This document shows, in pieces, positions 28,698-38,679 of a stretch of DNA of 64,000 bases; position 1 is the stretch's first letter; every line of letters begins with the position of its first letter. Source of the DNA: a virus. The notes under the pieces are model-generated. The model was not told the DNA's origin, did no database searches, and saw only the letters and a program-made list of their open reading frames with translations. Made by a program: the position numbers and the translations under genes. The stretch lies in IMG/VR virus record IMGVR_UViG_3300045999_007505. One strand, given 5' to 3'.

Positions 28698-30016
28698 AAT
28701 GAGATAGTTTTCATTTTATCATAAATATCGCCGACTTTACATTTTACCGGCAAATTTCCTTGTTCTAACACGTTCTTGATAGCAGGAAGCAAGTCTCGTG
28801 CTTCTTTATAATTCATATCAAATAGCACAGAGTCATATGTATACAACACTATGCAACTTTCGTAATCTCGTAGCAAGTCTTGTACTTGTTGCAATTTGCG
28901 TACGGATACTTCGGTTTCAATGGCCTGTAAATAGTAGTTAAACAATTTAAATGCTGTCATGTTTTGCACTGCATCTTTGCATATACTACGTTTTGTGATC
29001 GGCGTATAAATACATCCTGCACGTTTCCATTTATCCCATAATGTGTACACAAAATCATTTACTTTGCGAAAAAATGGTATTGACAAAAACTCAGAATCAA
29101 TTCCTCCGTAAAGTAACCGAAACGTTATGGCTTTGCTTTCTGCACGTTGTTCTTCTGTTAATGCATCTGTATCAAAATAGAATCTACCCAAATAATCATG
29201 TATAGAAGATGCCGGCAATTCATATCCAATAGCCGTTGCAATCAATCTAACATGATATGAATCAAAATCCATTTCAACCAACGCTCCTTGTTCAAAGCGA
29301 CTACAAAATGCTGCTCTGGTACCATCTTCTTTGTTCATTGCTGCAAAATTGAAACCACCAAATGCATTACTAGGTCGACCCGTTACTGTATGATAATTAT
29401 ATTGTGAATATACTCGTTCGCGGTGAATCAATTCTGGCATACGAAACTCATCAGTAACTGCCAAGCCCGCTGATTCAATTTCTGCAAATACTTGCGGATA
29501 GGTTGCATTGAACTGCAAATACGATTCCGTTAATTCTGCATTAACACACATTGGCCAAGCATAGTGTCGAATTTTTTGGCACATTGCTAAATGTTGTTGC
29601 AATGGCACGATGCTATTAACTGCAGGTAAGTTTGTGTGTCGACGCCAATAGAAACGATGTGCTGCAGTTGGATAATGCGATTCATCATATGCTTCTGAAT
29701 ATGTATACCACCACAATGTCTTAACATCCCATACGGCAGCATTTCCTCCCGTTTGTAGCCATTGCTTCTTGTCATGAACAAAGATATTCTCTAATGCCAA
29801 AAACTCCGGGACAAGCTCAGTAAAGCCCCTTAGTTGTTCAGAATGACGAAATGGAATTATGCGTTCTACATCATCTTCCGTATAAATGTATATAGCACAT
29901 AGCGTATTTACTGCAACATGTTGTGTGGGACTACAGAATATGGGAACTAATAAAGTTTTGCGACCCCGAACATAGTTCAAAGTACCACGAGCATCTTCTA
30001 TAGTATCCACAATCAT
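28694..30016 (-). CDS. Compact divergent family A DNA polymerase
   Basis: TVTGRPS, motif A EMDFDSYHVRL, motif B RAESKAITFRLLYG, NYYLQ, motif C YTYDSVLFD. Confidence 0.75.
   Translation of the reverse strand: MIVDTIEDARGTLNYVRGRKTLLVPIFCSPTQHVAVNTLCAIYIYTEDDVERIIPFRHSEQLRGFTELVPEFLALENIFVHDKKQWLQTGGNAAVWDVKTLWWYTYSEAYDESHYPTAAHRFYWRRHTNLPAVNSIVPLQQHLAMCQKIRHYAWPMCVNAELTESYLQFNATYPQVFAEIESAGLAVTDEFRMPELIHRERVYSQYNYHTVTGRPSNAFGGFNFAAMNKEDGTRAAFCSRFEQGALVEMDFDSYHVRLIATAIGYELPASSIHDYLGRFYFDTDALTEEQRAESKAITFRLLYGGIDSEFLSIPFFRKVNDFVYTLWDKWKRAGCIYTPITKRSICKDAVQNMTAFKLFNYYLQAIETEVSVRKLQQVQDLLRDYESCIVLYTYDSVLFDMNYKEARDLLPAIKNVLEQGNLPVKCKVGDIYDKMKTISL
28721..28728 (-). promoter_or_regulatory. Late-type motif ATATTTAT embedded in the 3' end of the PolA-like gene
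   Basis: About 24 nt upstream of the ATG at 28697. Confidence 0.5.
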
Positions 30017-30022
30017 ATATGA

Positions 30023-30051
30023 ATAATAAGAAAAAAATGTTAAGAATCCAA
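30023..30051 (-). promoter_or_regulatory. Sigma70-like promoter TTGGAT-N17-TATTAT
   Basis: Marks the switch from the baseplate block to the replication block. Confidence 0.6.
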
Positions 30052-30666
30052 GCCGTTGATGTCTACTGGTACAACATATTCAGTATCTACATATAATTCT
30101 GCAGGATTTGACAATTTTAATGATATATTAGGTATAACATTACTAGCATTTTGTATTTGCTGTAAATTTTTTGTTATAACCCCTAACGTTTTAACATTGC
30201 CATTATCGATATCGTTTAATGTTCCAGAAACAAACCATTTAACGGCGACAAACCGATACAAAATTGCTTCAAATCCATCTGTTACTAATTGATTATATAA
30301 TGTTTGATTGATTTCTATTATCCAAGATTCATTGATTTTTTGCACAAAATATCGATTGATATAACCTATTTTTAAATCGGCAGGCGTTACAATTGGAATA
30401 TGAGATGCAATTCGTATATTGGATAATATTTTTATATCAGGACGAAGTTGTGAATATGCAAATGCATCTTCTTCGATTGGCTGAAATGGTATTAATGCTT
30501 TTGATAACACAGAATTATATGTCGATTGCGTATATACTTCTCCAGTTAAATATTTATGATATGCTCCTTTATATTCTTGTTTAGAATCAGTTAGCATCCA
30601 TTCGTTACCAAAGGTATACAAATATTCTTCAACTTCATCTGGCTGATAATATACTTTAAGTCGCAT
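30040..30666 (-). CDS. Hypothetical baseplate-region protein
   Basis: Coupled to the upstream baseplate gene; YKGAYH...GYINRYF. Confidence 0.6.
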   Translation of the reverse strand: MRLKVYYQPDEVEEYLYTFGNEWMLTDSKQEYKGAYHKYLTGEVYTQSTYNSVLSKALIPFQPIEEDAFAYSQLRPDIKILSNIRIASHIPIVTPADLKIGYINRYFVQKINESWIIEINQTLYNQLVTDGFEAILYRFVAVKWFVSGTLNDIDNGNVKTLGVITKNLQQIQNASNVIPNISLKLSNPAELYVDTEYVVPVDINGLDS

Positions 30667-32834
30667 TACTTATCCAATTTAGGTCGCATGATGCATTTAA
30701 TTTCCGTTTTCCATTGTCCGTCTTGAGCTACATTATGCGTAATATTTATAATACTAAATACCGTATTAGCAGTATATTTTTTTGGCAATACATCAAATGT
30801 TAATACATCGCCATATCGAAATCCATTAATGCCCTCAATGGTAAAAGAGACATCCCATGGGAATATAGGTGCAATTGCTGATTGTGCTCGATCAAACTTT
30901 TTATACGGATATTGAAGATATTTTACCATAGCTTCTTTTAATTTAGCTTGCAACGTTCTATCAGTAATGCTTTTTCCGTATTCCTCTTTTTGTTTTTCAA
31001 ATTCTTGTAAACGTTTTGTATGAGTTTGTGCATATAATGCTTCTGCTGCAGATAATTTTGCTGGATCATTAAATTGATACATTGCGTTCATATATGGTGC
31101 AATATCATCTTCTGATACTTTATCAGGAGCTTGATTTAAAACATATGATAATGTTGCTGCACTATCTGGTAATTTTGCTGACATTTTAAAATCTTGTACA
31201 ATACTACCATATGATTCTTCTTCATTTACTTTTATTTTAGCATGCATCGGAACATGATACGGTTTAACTACTGATAATGATTCTGGTTGTCCTAGGTATT
31301 TTTCATCATAGAACAATAATACCGAATCGAGCCGTGGATGCGATATTAATTTCATTTTTATAGCGCCAGCAGTGGCATCTTCAATACTTGTACTAATTTC
31401 TTTTAGTAAATCAGATATTGGATAACTTTTACTTGAGTTTTTTTCCAAGTTTTCAATAATTGTTTTAATCATTGACAAATTTAAAAATATGCGAGGTGGA
31501 AATGCTCTATCACTGCTTAAAAATCCAGGCCAATCACCAAAATTAGTAGATTCAAAAAATACTTTTGTTCCATATGCTTCAGTAGACCGTTTACGTCCGT
31601 TTGATGGTAACAATAAAACATCCCATGGATTAACGGATACTATATTTGCATAATATGAGCTATTGCAAATTTCACTATCACAAACAATTTCTGGTACTGC
31701 AACTGTGTTTTTTAATTTAGATACAACGTAACGATTAATAAATTTAATTAAACGATTCAATGTTATATATCTTTGATAAGTTTTTTGGTCATTTTTTGAT
31801 TCGACTCCGGTAGTTGCAAACGCATTACCAAATAAAATCCAATCATCCTTTTCTCCAGTAAGTACCGTAACATCGGAAGTTAATCTAGATTTGCTTTTAG
31901 CTAATGTTTCTGCTTCACTAAACAATAAATCATAAAATGATTTGATTCCCGAACCTGTTGGAATTAAAACGGAGTTTGCATAGTCATCTGGATTAGTAAT
32001 CGGATTAACAGTTGCCGTGCCATCTGAATTTTCTTTTACAGTGTCTGGATCAGTTAATGCAGTCACATCTGCTAAAACATTGCTTGTGCCTCGCATTGTT
32101 AAAGTTACTGTTGCAGAATAATCAGAATTATATGATAAATCAAACGATGTAATTAAACCTTCAAATGAAACTCGATTCATTTTGCTAATTTCTTGTAATT
32201 TTGCAGCAATGTCAATTTTAGTTCCATATAATGATTTTAATTTTTCTTCGGTAGGTAAAACATCTTCTGATAATGTAAGACCTGTAATTACAGAATTAAG
32301 TGGATATTCAATATCAACTTTTACTTTGCGACCTGGTCGCATATATATTTCTTCAATTAAATCAATATCTCTACTAACATTTGGTACTTCTATAACTACA
32401 GTAGCAGTATTTAATAATCCCATACTATGATCACCAACTGAAATTTCTGCCGACGAAAGATATGGTGGCCATCGATTATTATTACTAACTGCAGTCGTAT
32501 CTCGTAATACCGGTACAGCTACTTTACCAGTAATGCCTTCAACAATCCAAGCTAATTCAGTTTTACTAATATTAAATGGCGATAAATATCCATTTCCAAA
32601 TCTGCCTGTTGGTAAAAACTGCGCAGATGTTACATTACGGCCGCCTAATTCATTTACTACATCTACTGCATATACGTCTTTGCTATTAAATTCATATGCA
32701 TTTATTTGTACATTTGCAACTTTTGATAGCATATAATTTAAATCAGCTGTTGTTCGGCGGTGTCCGGCTAAGGCACGCGCGTTTAATTCTTGTTGCAAAT
32801 TTAAATCTACCTGTGAATAAAATATTTCGCTCAT
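30666..32834 (-). CDS. Baseplate hub protein (gp27/late control D-like), tentative
   Basis: YMRPG, GLITSFD, C-terminal GINGFRYGD...NITHNV...WKTEI; follows the LysM wedge gene. Confidence 0.6.
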   Translation of the reverse strand: MSEIFYSQVDLNLQQELNARALAGHRRTTADLNYMLSKVANVQINAYEFNSKDVYAVDVVNELGGRNVTSAQFLPTGRFGNGYLSPFNISKTELAWIVEGITGKVAVPVLRDTTAVSNNNRWPPYLSSAEISVGDHSMGLLNTATVVIEVPNVSRDIDLIEEIYMRPGRKVKVDIEYPLNSVITGLTLSEDVLPTEEKLKSLYGTKIDIAAKLQEISKMNRVSFEGLITSFDLSYNSDYSATVTLTMRGTSNVLADVTALTDPDTVKENSDGTATVNPITNPDDYANSVLIPTGSGIKSFYDLLFSEAETLAKSKSRLTSDVTVLTGEKDDWILFGNAFATTGVESKNDQKTYQRYITLNRLIKFINRYVVSKLKNTVAVPEIVCDSEICNSSYYANIVSVNPWDVLLLPSNGRKRSTEAYGTKVFFESTNFGDWPGFLSSDRAFPPRIFLNLSMIKTIIENLEKNSSKSYPISDLLKEISTSIEDATAGAIKMKLISHPRLDSVLLFYDEKYLGQPESLSVVKPYHVPMHAKIKVNEEESYGSIVQDFKMSAKLPDSAATLSYVLNQAPDKVSEDDIAPYMNAMYQFNDPAKLSAAEALYAQTHTKRLQEFEKQKEEYGKSITDRTLQAKLKEAMVKYLQYPYKKFDRAQSAIAPIFPWDVSFTIEGINGFRYGDVLTFDVLPKKYTANTVFSIINITHNVAQDGQWKTEIKCIMRPKLDK

Positions 32835-33133
32835 CGTATATTATTTATTTGTATAGCTAGTTCTTGAATGTTATCTGCAGATGGAATTCGCAATTTAGTA
32901 TTTTCTGGAACCATTAATGAACCTTTACCTAAACCATTTACTGCAGCAATAAGCCACCATAACTGTGGATCTGCATAAAAGTCATTAGCAATGTTATCTA
33001 ATCGATCTGAAGTAGTTGTTTGAATAAATGTATCATTGTTATTAGTTTCAGGAACTGCATAAATCCATGTTTGTGCTCTACGTATATTGCGCGCATCTCG
33101 TATTTGTTTGGTTGATTGATATCTACTACTCAT
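32831..33133 (-). CDS. LysM-type baseplate wedge protein (gp53/gpX-like)
   Basis: DRLDNIANDFYADPQLWWLIAAVN...LRIP. Confidence 0.8.
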   Translation of the reverse strand: MSSRYQSTKQIRDARNIRRAQTWIYAVPETNNNDTFIQTTTSDRLDNIANDFYADPQLWWLIAAVNGLGKGSLMVPENTKLRIPSADNIQELAIQINNIR

Positions 33134-35022
33134 TATAATTCCTGTTCTTGACCTGTTGAGCCTGGTGATGCGTTAGGTGTTCCTATAGGGCCTTTTTTTC
33201 GAAAATCATTTAACCAACCACCCTTAGATGTTGAAGAAGCTGCACCATTAACGCCGATATCATTTATTGGTGCAAATGTATAAAATGCGCCACCTTTCTG
33301 CGGCAAGTAATCAGTAATCATAGTTAATCCCATACTAACATCAATTTTATGTGTTACTTGTTTCATTTCTGGATCTTCTTCTATGTTAATTTCCCATGTT
33401 GTATCACTATCAACAAATGTATATGATAAACTTTCAATAACAGCCGGCTGCGAAATAAAATAATCTCCAATAGTTACTCGGATCCATGGACCTTTTAATG
33501 CAAATGAATCTGTAGTATATTCGGGGGCAGTATATCCAGCAAGTGCATTTAATTTTCGATAAATAAATTTTAATTCATCTCGGTCCGTTGCATATACTGT
33601 AAATCCAAGATCAACTGTACGAGAATAACCGCCGTAATGATAATTTGAATCTGCTCTACCTAATATATTTACCGGACTCCAACTCGGAGAAAATTGATCA
33701 CTTAAACTTGATAAAATTGCTCGAAATACAATTACATCATCTGGACTATTTTGAGAGCCAGCATGTAATGATGGTCCTGTAAAAAAGAATTTTACAAAAT
33801 CTTTAGTAGTTCCATACGGATTAACTCCTAAAATATCTGCAGTTTTAGCTGCAAAATTACCAAAATCTCCTTTAGTTTCTCCCGGTAGCCATCTATAAAT
33901 ATCTTTCCACGTACGTCGTCCAAAATCAATTACTGTTACCCGGTCTCCACGAAACGGTGTAATTTTTTCAATAACATTTTTTGTTTGTGTAAGTACGCGA
34001 CCAATTTTTTCTTTACCGGTACCCAATGTTCTTAATTTGGATTGTGCTCGTAATTCTTTAAAGTCCCAAGTAGATGCAACATTTGAACGCATAGTAAAAT
34101 CATTTCGCATTGCGGTGGGCGAATCATGTGACCCCCATCCATAAGTTGCATCTAAATTAAATACATTATATGGTCCTATGGTAGCTGCAAGTGCTGCATA
34201 TGCACCAGCAGTTGCAGTTTCAGATCGCGTTTGTGCGGAAAATCCATCGATGCGCCTGTCTAAAAGACCTGCCGCTGCCTGACCAACCGATTTTCCAGTT
34301 AATGAAAATTTTCTAGTTCGAAAGTCGGGATATGGTACTGCAATGCCTTGTCCTCCAATTCCTATTTTATTATTTAATAAATTAAATGGAGCAGTAGCAT
34401 ATGTAGCGTCAACAAGACCAGCTTGATTTAACAATGTGTTGCTAATTGGAGAAACTGCAGCAATGCCACTTACTCCAATTGCAGCATTTATGCCCGATCT
34501 AATTCCGGTTCCTACTCCGAATTGTTTGTTTGTATTTTGCACCCCGGCCATTGTAGTTGAATTAACATTTGCATTTATTTGCGGAGCTTGTTGTGTACTA
34601 TTCAACGGAATTAAATAGGCATCAGTACCTGCAGGAGTATATGCATATGCTTCATATTCAGGCGTTTGTTCGGGATCGGTAGAAAATTTTTGACCATAGG
34701 TGCTAAACTGTGATATAATATTGTCAGTATAGCCTGTTAATCTTCCTGCAGCATCATATGTTGGAGCTGATTTTCCTCTTCGCGTTGCATTGGTTGTTGG
34801 GTTTTTTCCAGCAAGCAATGCTTCGGTTTGAGTATCGATATTGAAACTTGAAAATCCATTTCCCCATACAAGTGAAGGAGTAAATTGTGTTGCATTGAAT
34901 GTCGGATTTTTTCCAGCAAGTAATGCTTCGGTTTGAGTATCAATATCGAAACTCGAAAATCCATTCCCCCATGCATATGAAGGAGTAAATTGTGATTCAT
35001 TACCAATGGTTGGATTAGGCAT
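33133..35022 (-). CDS. Baseplate tube-initiator-like protein with an N-terminal repeat
   Basis: C-terminal FRAIL...W...GRA...Y.GYSR...F...P.IRVTIGD tube-like domain; follows the tape measure. Confidence 0.6.
   Translation of the reverse strand: MPNPTIGNESQFTPSYAWGNGFSSFDIDTQTEALLAGKNPTFNATQFTPSLVWGNGFSSFNIDTQTEALLAGKNPTTNATRRGKSAPTYDAAGRLTGYTDNIISQFSTYGQKFSTDPEQTPEYEAYAYTPAGTDAYLIPLNSTQQAPQINANVNSTTMAGVQNTNKQFGVGTGIRSGINAAIGVSGIAAVSPISNTLLNQAGLVDATYATAPFNLLNNKIGIGGQGIAVPYPDFRTRKFSLTGKSVGQAAAGLLDRRIDGFSAQTRSETATAGAYAALAATIGPYNVFNLDATYGWGSHDSPTAMRNDFTMRSNVASTWDFKELRAQSKLRTLGTGKEKIGRVLTQTKNVIEKITPFRGDRVTVIDFGRRTWKDIYRWLPGETKGDFGNFAAKTADILGVNPYGTTKDFVKFFFTGPSLHAGSQNSPDDVIVFRAILSSLSDQFSPSWSPVNILGRADSNYHYGGYSRTVDLGFTVYATDRDELKFIYRKLNALAGYTAPEYTTDSFALKGPWIRVTIGDYFISQPAVIESLSYTFVDSDTTWEINIEEDPEMKQVTHKIDVSMGLTMITDYLPQKGGAFYTFAPINDIGVNGAASSTSKGGWLNDFRKKGPIGTPNASPGSTGQEQEL
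34784..34993 (-). repeat. Tandem 105-bp (35-aa) duplication
   Basis: QFTPS..WGNGFSSF.IDTQTEALLAGKNPT.NAT twice; AAGGAGTAAATTGTG at 34875 and 34980. Confidence 0.9.
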
Positions 35023-37003
35023 ATCGTCCTTTGTTCATTGAATTGCTAGAAAATGTTCTATCGACATCAACTTTTATGTTAGCAGATTCTACTGCTTGTT
35101 TCATTTGAGCAGCCATATTAGATATTAAACGAGTCATGGTTGCTTCAAAACGCGAATCTCGTTTTTCCATTTGAGCTGCAAATCGATCGATGCCTCCAAC
35201 GTTGGTACCAGCTACAGTCATACCATCATTGACTCGAGTAAATTTATCTCGCGGATTAAATTGCACAAACCCATCGTTTATCATTACGCCATCCTGCGTG
35301 CCGCTGCCGGCTACTGATAAATTTCCGACTGAATTAATAGCCATATTTTCAATCGGAGTGCCGCTAAAGTCTTCTGCAAATCCTTTAATTGAATTAGCTG
35401 CTGCTGTAAACTTATTGCCAATAATTGGTATAGCTCCAGCTAACGTAGTTAATTCTGCAGTAACGCTAGTAACCGATTTATTAAGTATTGCAGCAGACCC
35501 AACTACGTTAACTACTTGCTCTTGAAAATTAAAAAATGTTTGTGCCCCTGATTTCAATCCTTCTTTTGTTGCGCCAATTGTAGTTTTATAATCACTTAAT
35601 GCAGTTTTAATACCAGCTATTGAATCAGTATACATTGATTTAAATGCACCTTTATCATACTCTCCTGTTGTTTCATCGTCGGCATTTTTTTTTGCAAATC
35701 TTGCAAGAATTCCTTTAGTTTCAATATTACGAAGTGATTCAGCCATTCGATCTTGAGTGGTGCGGGTATCATCCTGCTCCATTATTGCAGCAATGTTTTC
35801 AGAACCAACTTTCATTTCCTCTAATTTTTTCTTTAATTCATCGCCAGATGTATTGAAAAGCTCTTCAGCACCCATTGATTTTAACAATTTACGTTTTTGC
35901 ACCATTTTTGCCATGGTACTTTCTTCAACGCCTAATGTTGTAGCTAGTTGTTTACGTGCTAACATGTTGTTTTCTAAAACATCGCCTTGTGAATCCATGA
36001 TTTGTTTCATGATATCGGCTTGTTTATTCATGTCGCCTTGAATAGTAGCTTGTCTATATAAATTAGTTAAACTTTCACCTTGATTGTTGACTAGACGCTT
36101 GCCTGATAATAATTGATATTCTAATTCATTTCCTACACTTGATTCAATATTTAATAACTCATCGCCTGTTTTAGCCATTTGCTCCATGGATAAACCTAAT
36201 GCTTTAGATTTCATCACTGCTAATCCTAAAGTTTTTGGCATCTTGCTATATTGTAACGAAGTTTCAGAACCAGCAGCTGCAATTTCTGCATCAATTGTGC
36301 GTTGAACTCCTTTAAGTCCAGTTGCTTCTTCGATAGCTTTGGCTTCCTTTGCACGTAAAATCAATTGTTCTTCTAATTGTTCTGCAGTAACTTTAGCATC
36401 TTTGCCAACGTCTCTGGATGCAATTCCGGCGTTCATATCCATGATTGCTTCTGCGGCTTCTTCTGATACCCCAACAATATCTGTTAAATATCGCTGTTGT
36501 TTAATCAGTGACTGATTAAATTGATTATTGCCTGCATTGGATACAATAAATCCGTTAGTTAAATTTCCTAGTTGTTTAATATATTTTTCTGTTTCTTCAC
36601 GACCAAAATTCAAATCAATTGATAATTTATCAATTGCAAATCCCATATCTTGAGCAGCATCTTCAGTAATTCCATAAGATTTAATTAATTCATTATTTCT
36701 TGCAAAAACTTTAGTAATTTGTTCTACGTTATCTAAAAATCCTTTATTTAAACCTTGTAACGTTCCAGTTAATTTATTAATACCGGTTGCTAAATTAGCA
36801 GAATCCGTTTGCATTGATAACATTGCTTGGGATTGCTGTTTAAATATATCAGTTATACTACCAACGTTGGAGCTTAAATTTGAATATGCGGCATCTAATT
36901 GAGTTGTAAGATCAGATGCAGCTTCGCTTATTTTTTTCCCGGGCATACCTAAACGAGGTTGTTGTTTAAGACGTTTAATTGTATGTAAGTGTGAGTTATG
37001 CAT
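35015..37003 (-). CDS. Tape measure protein
   Basis: Helical Ala/Gln/Lys-rich, LLNIESSV.NELEYQLLSGK; after the chaperone genes. Confidence 0.65.
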   Translation of the reverse strand: MHNSHLHTIKRLKQQPRLGMPGKKISEAASDLTTQLDAAYSNLSSNVGSITDIFKQQSQAMLSMQTDSANLATGINKLTGTLQGLNKGFLDNVEQITKVFARNNELIKSYGITEDAAQDMGFAIDKLSIDLNFGREETEKYIKQLGNLTNGFIVSNAGNNQFNQSLIKQQRYLTDIVGVSEEAAEAIMDMNAGIASRDVGKDAKVTAEQLEEQLILRAKEAKAIEEATGLKGVQRTIDAEIAAAGSETSLQYSKMPKTLGLAVMKSKALGLSMEQMAKTGDELLNIESSVGNELEYQLLSGKRLVNNQGESLTNLYRQATIQGDMNKQADIMKQIMDSQGDVLENNMLARKQLATTLGVEESTMAKMVQKRKLLKSMGAEELFNTSGDELKKKLEEMKVGSENIAAIMEQDDTRTTQDRMAESLRNIETKGILARFAKKNADDETTGEYDKGAFKSMYTDSIAGIKTALSDYKTTIGATKEGLKSGAQTFFNFQEQVVNVVGSAAILNKSVTSVTAELTTLAGAIPIIGNKFTAAANSIKGFAEDFSGTPIENMAINSVGNLSVAGSGTQDGVMINDGFVQFNPRDKFTRVNDGMTVAGTNVGGIDRFAAQMEKRDSRFEATMTRLISNMAAQMKQAVESANIKVDVDRTFSSNSMNKGRYA

Positions 37004-37008
37004 ATATC

Positions 37009-37017
37009 AATAAATAT
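37009..37017 (-). promoter_or_regulatory. Late-type motif ATATTTATT
   Basis: Upstream of the tape measure gene. Confidence 0.6.
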
Positions 37018-37023
37018 CGTTAA

Positions 37024-37237
37024 TTACTTTTTTGAAGTCACGGGTCCGCGAGATACGTTACTTGTTGGTTTTGGGTCTGGTTGCAATTTTTCATTGACTT
37101 TGTTAATCCAAAATTTTCTTAAGAATACCGGCATCGTATAAACAGTATTCCAATCCCAACGTCCTTCGCCCGCCCAAATCAAATCAAACATTATGTTATG
37201 CAATGCTTTTCGATCTGATGCATTAAAACCAAAAAAA
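37024..37237 (-). CDS. Tail chaperone C-terminal extension (gp51/gpT-like), probably reached by frameshift
   Basis: FFGFNASDRKALH..MFDL...WDWNTVYTMPVFLRKFW; overlaps the upstream ORF at a T7 run. Confidence 0.6.
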
Positions 37238-37987
37238 GTTTGATCCAATTTGAAATTTAGATTTGAAGGTGCCTCCCTGTTCACCTTCGAATTCCAATTC
37301 TAAATTTACTCCCGGTGTATTTGCTTGAACAAATTCTCGAAAACGTTTTGCATCTCGTGCTAAAAATTCATAGCGAATAAAATTTTCAATGTCTGTTGTT
37401 GATCTTGATGCATTGATTTGTTTGATTAAACCTTGCAATGCACCAGAAATAGTTCGTTCGTCGGTAATTTTTTTTGATTCTCGATTAGTTAAAAATGAAA
37501 ATTTAAGCGTAAACTTGTCATTTACTTGATAATCAAATTCTCCGTTTTGATCGGCTTGTAATTCAAATGGCAAAAAGGTCAATTTGGTTAAATCAGCAGT
37601 TCGCTCATATGTTTTTCCAGTTTCTGGATCTGTTACTTGTACAGGATATTCTGGACCATATGATAAAATACGAGCTTGAATAATTAATGCATCTTTATCT
37701 GCTTGTGCAATTGTGTCTGCATCAATTCCCGGCGTAATAATCAAACTTTCAATCAGTTTATCTAAAACAATGCCTTCTCGTATATATGATAAATTAGTTA
37801 AAACATCTTCATCATATGCTGTCATGTATCGCATTTCGAGTTGTCCGCTTCGCAATGGATGTGATTCGGGATAAATTTTACCTGCTGACGGCAATGAAAT
37901 TATTTCTGTTGGAATTGTATTGCGCTTGGTTTGTTCGTATTGTTGCTTAGCAAGTGCAATGATGTCTTGATTTGTTACTGATTTCAT
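37223..37987 (-). CDS. Tail assembly chaperone (T4 gp26-like)
   Basis: LPSAG..YP...EMRYMTAYDED, ARILSYG, ends SNFFWF; between tube and tape measure. Confidence 0.75.
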   Translation of the reverse strand: MKSVTNQDIIALAKQQYEQTKRNTIPTEIISLPSAGKIYPESHPLRSGQLEMRYMTAYDEDVLTNLSYIREGIVLDKLIESLIITPGIDADTIAQADKDALIIQARILSYGPEYPVQVTDPETGKTYERTADLTKLTFLPFELQADQNGEFDYQVNDKFTLKFSFLTNRESKKITDERTISGALQGLIKQINASRSTTDIENFIRYEFLARDAKRFREFVQANTPGVNLELEFEGEQGGTFKSKFQIGSNFFWF

Positions 37988-38008
37988 TAATATCCTTTAT
38001 AACTTTAT

Positions 38009-38017
38009 TATAAATAT
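38009..38017 (-). promoter_or_regulatory. Late-type motif ATATTTATA
   Basis: Followed by AAAGGA SD. Confidence 0.7.
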
Positions 38018-38028
38018 GTATGAACAAG

Positions 38029-38053
38029 AAAAATGGGGCATAATAGCCCCATT
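38029..38053 (-). terminator. Intrinsic terminator after the tail tube gene
   Basis: Sense AATGGGGC-TATTAT-GCCCCATT-TTT. Confidence 0.7.
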
Positions 38054-38064
38054 AATCATTAATA

Positions 38065-38595
38065 TTAGAAACTTAAGAATGCCCAATCATATCGAAGAGT
38101 TAATTCAATAGTAACTACATCTTCGGTTGACCAATCCAATGAACCAAAATTTGCATCAACAATATAAGTCCCGTTTAAGATCCATTCTTCAATTACTTCA
38201 CCCAATGGAGAAAGTTGTTTTAATCTTACTTCTTTTTTGTAAAATGAAGAATATCCGTCTCGGCCGGTTGCTGATTCGTGATGTAAACGAATCCATTCCA
38301 TTACTGCTTGTGCGCCTGATGGAACAATTGCATCATAAAGTGATACTGAAATTGTATTCCAAACAGATTTACCTTTAACATAACGTTGTACGTTAATATG
38401 ATCTAAAGTAATTTCTCCGTTAGCAATACTAGGTTTTGCTGAAGCTTTTATTAAATATGCAGGAACATCGCCAATTGACATAATAAATTGATGTTGCTTT
38501 TTTGGTTCCCATGAAAATGCATTGCTATAAAATCCTGCCGGGTTTTCTCCAGCATAATCCGTTAGATTGCCATTTACTTGATCTTGTAGTGCCAT
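38065..38595 (-). CDS. Tail tube protein (gp19-like)
   Basis: EPKKQHQF...YVKGK..W...VMEW...W.L.G...LTLRYD. Confidence 0.9.
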   Translation of the reverse strand: MALQDQVNGNLTDYAGENPAGFYSNAFSWEPKKQHQFIMSIGDVPAYLIKASAKPSIANGEITLDHINVQRYVKGKSVWNTISVSLYDAIVPSGAQAVMEWIRLHHESATGRDGYSSFYKKEVRLKQLSPLGEVIEEWILNGTYIVDANFGSLDWSTEDVVTIELTLRYDWAFLSF

Positions 38596-38618
38596 GTTTG
38601 TATCCTATTGTATTTTCA

Positions 38619-38627
38619 TATAAATAT
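38619..38627 (-). promoter_or_regulatory. Late-type motif ATATTTATA
   Basis: Upstream of the tube gene. Confidence 0.7.
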
Positions 38628-38632
38628 AGTTA

Positions 38633-38666
38633 CAGTAAAAAAGGTAGAACTTTCATCCTACCTTTT
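38633..38666 (-). terminator. Intrinsic terminator after the sheath gene
   Basis: Sense AAAAGGTAG...CTACCTTTT-TTACTG. Confidence 0.75.
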
Positions 38667-38679
38667 AAATTATTTTTTA

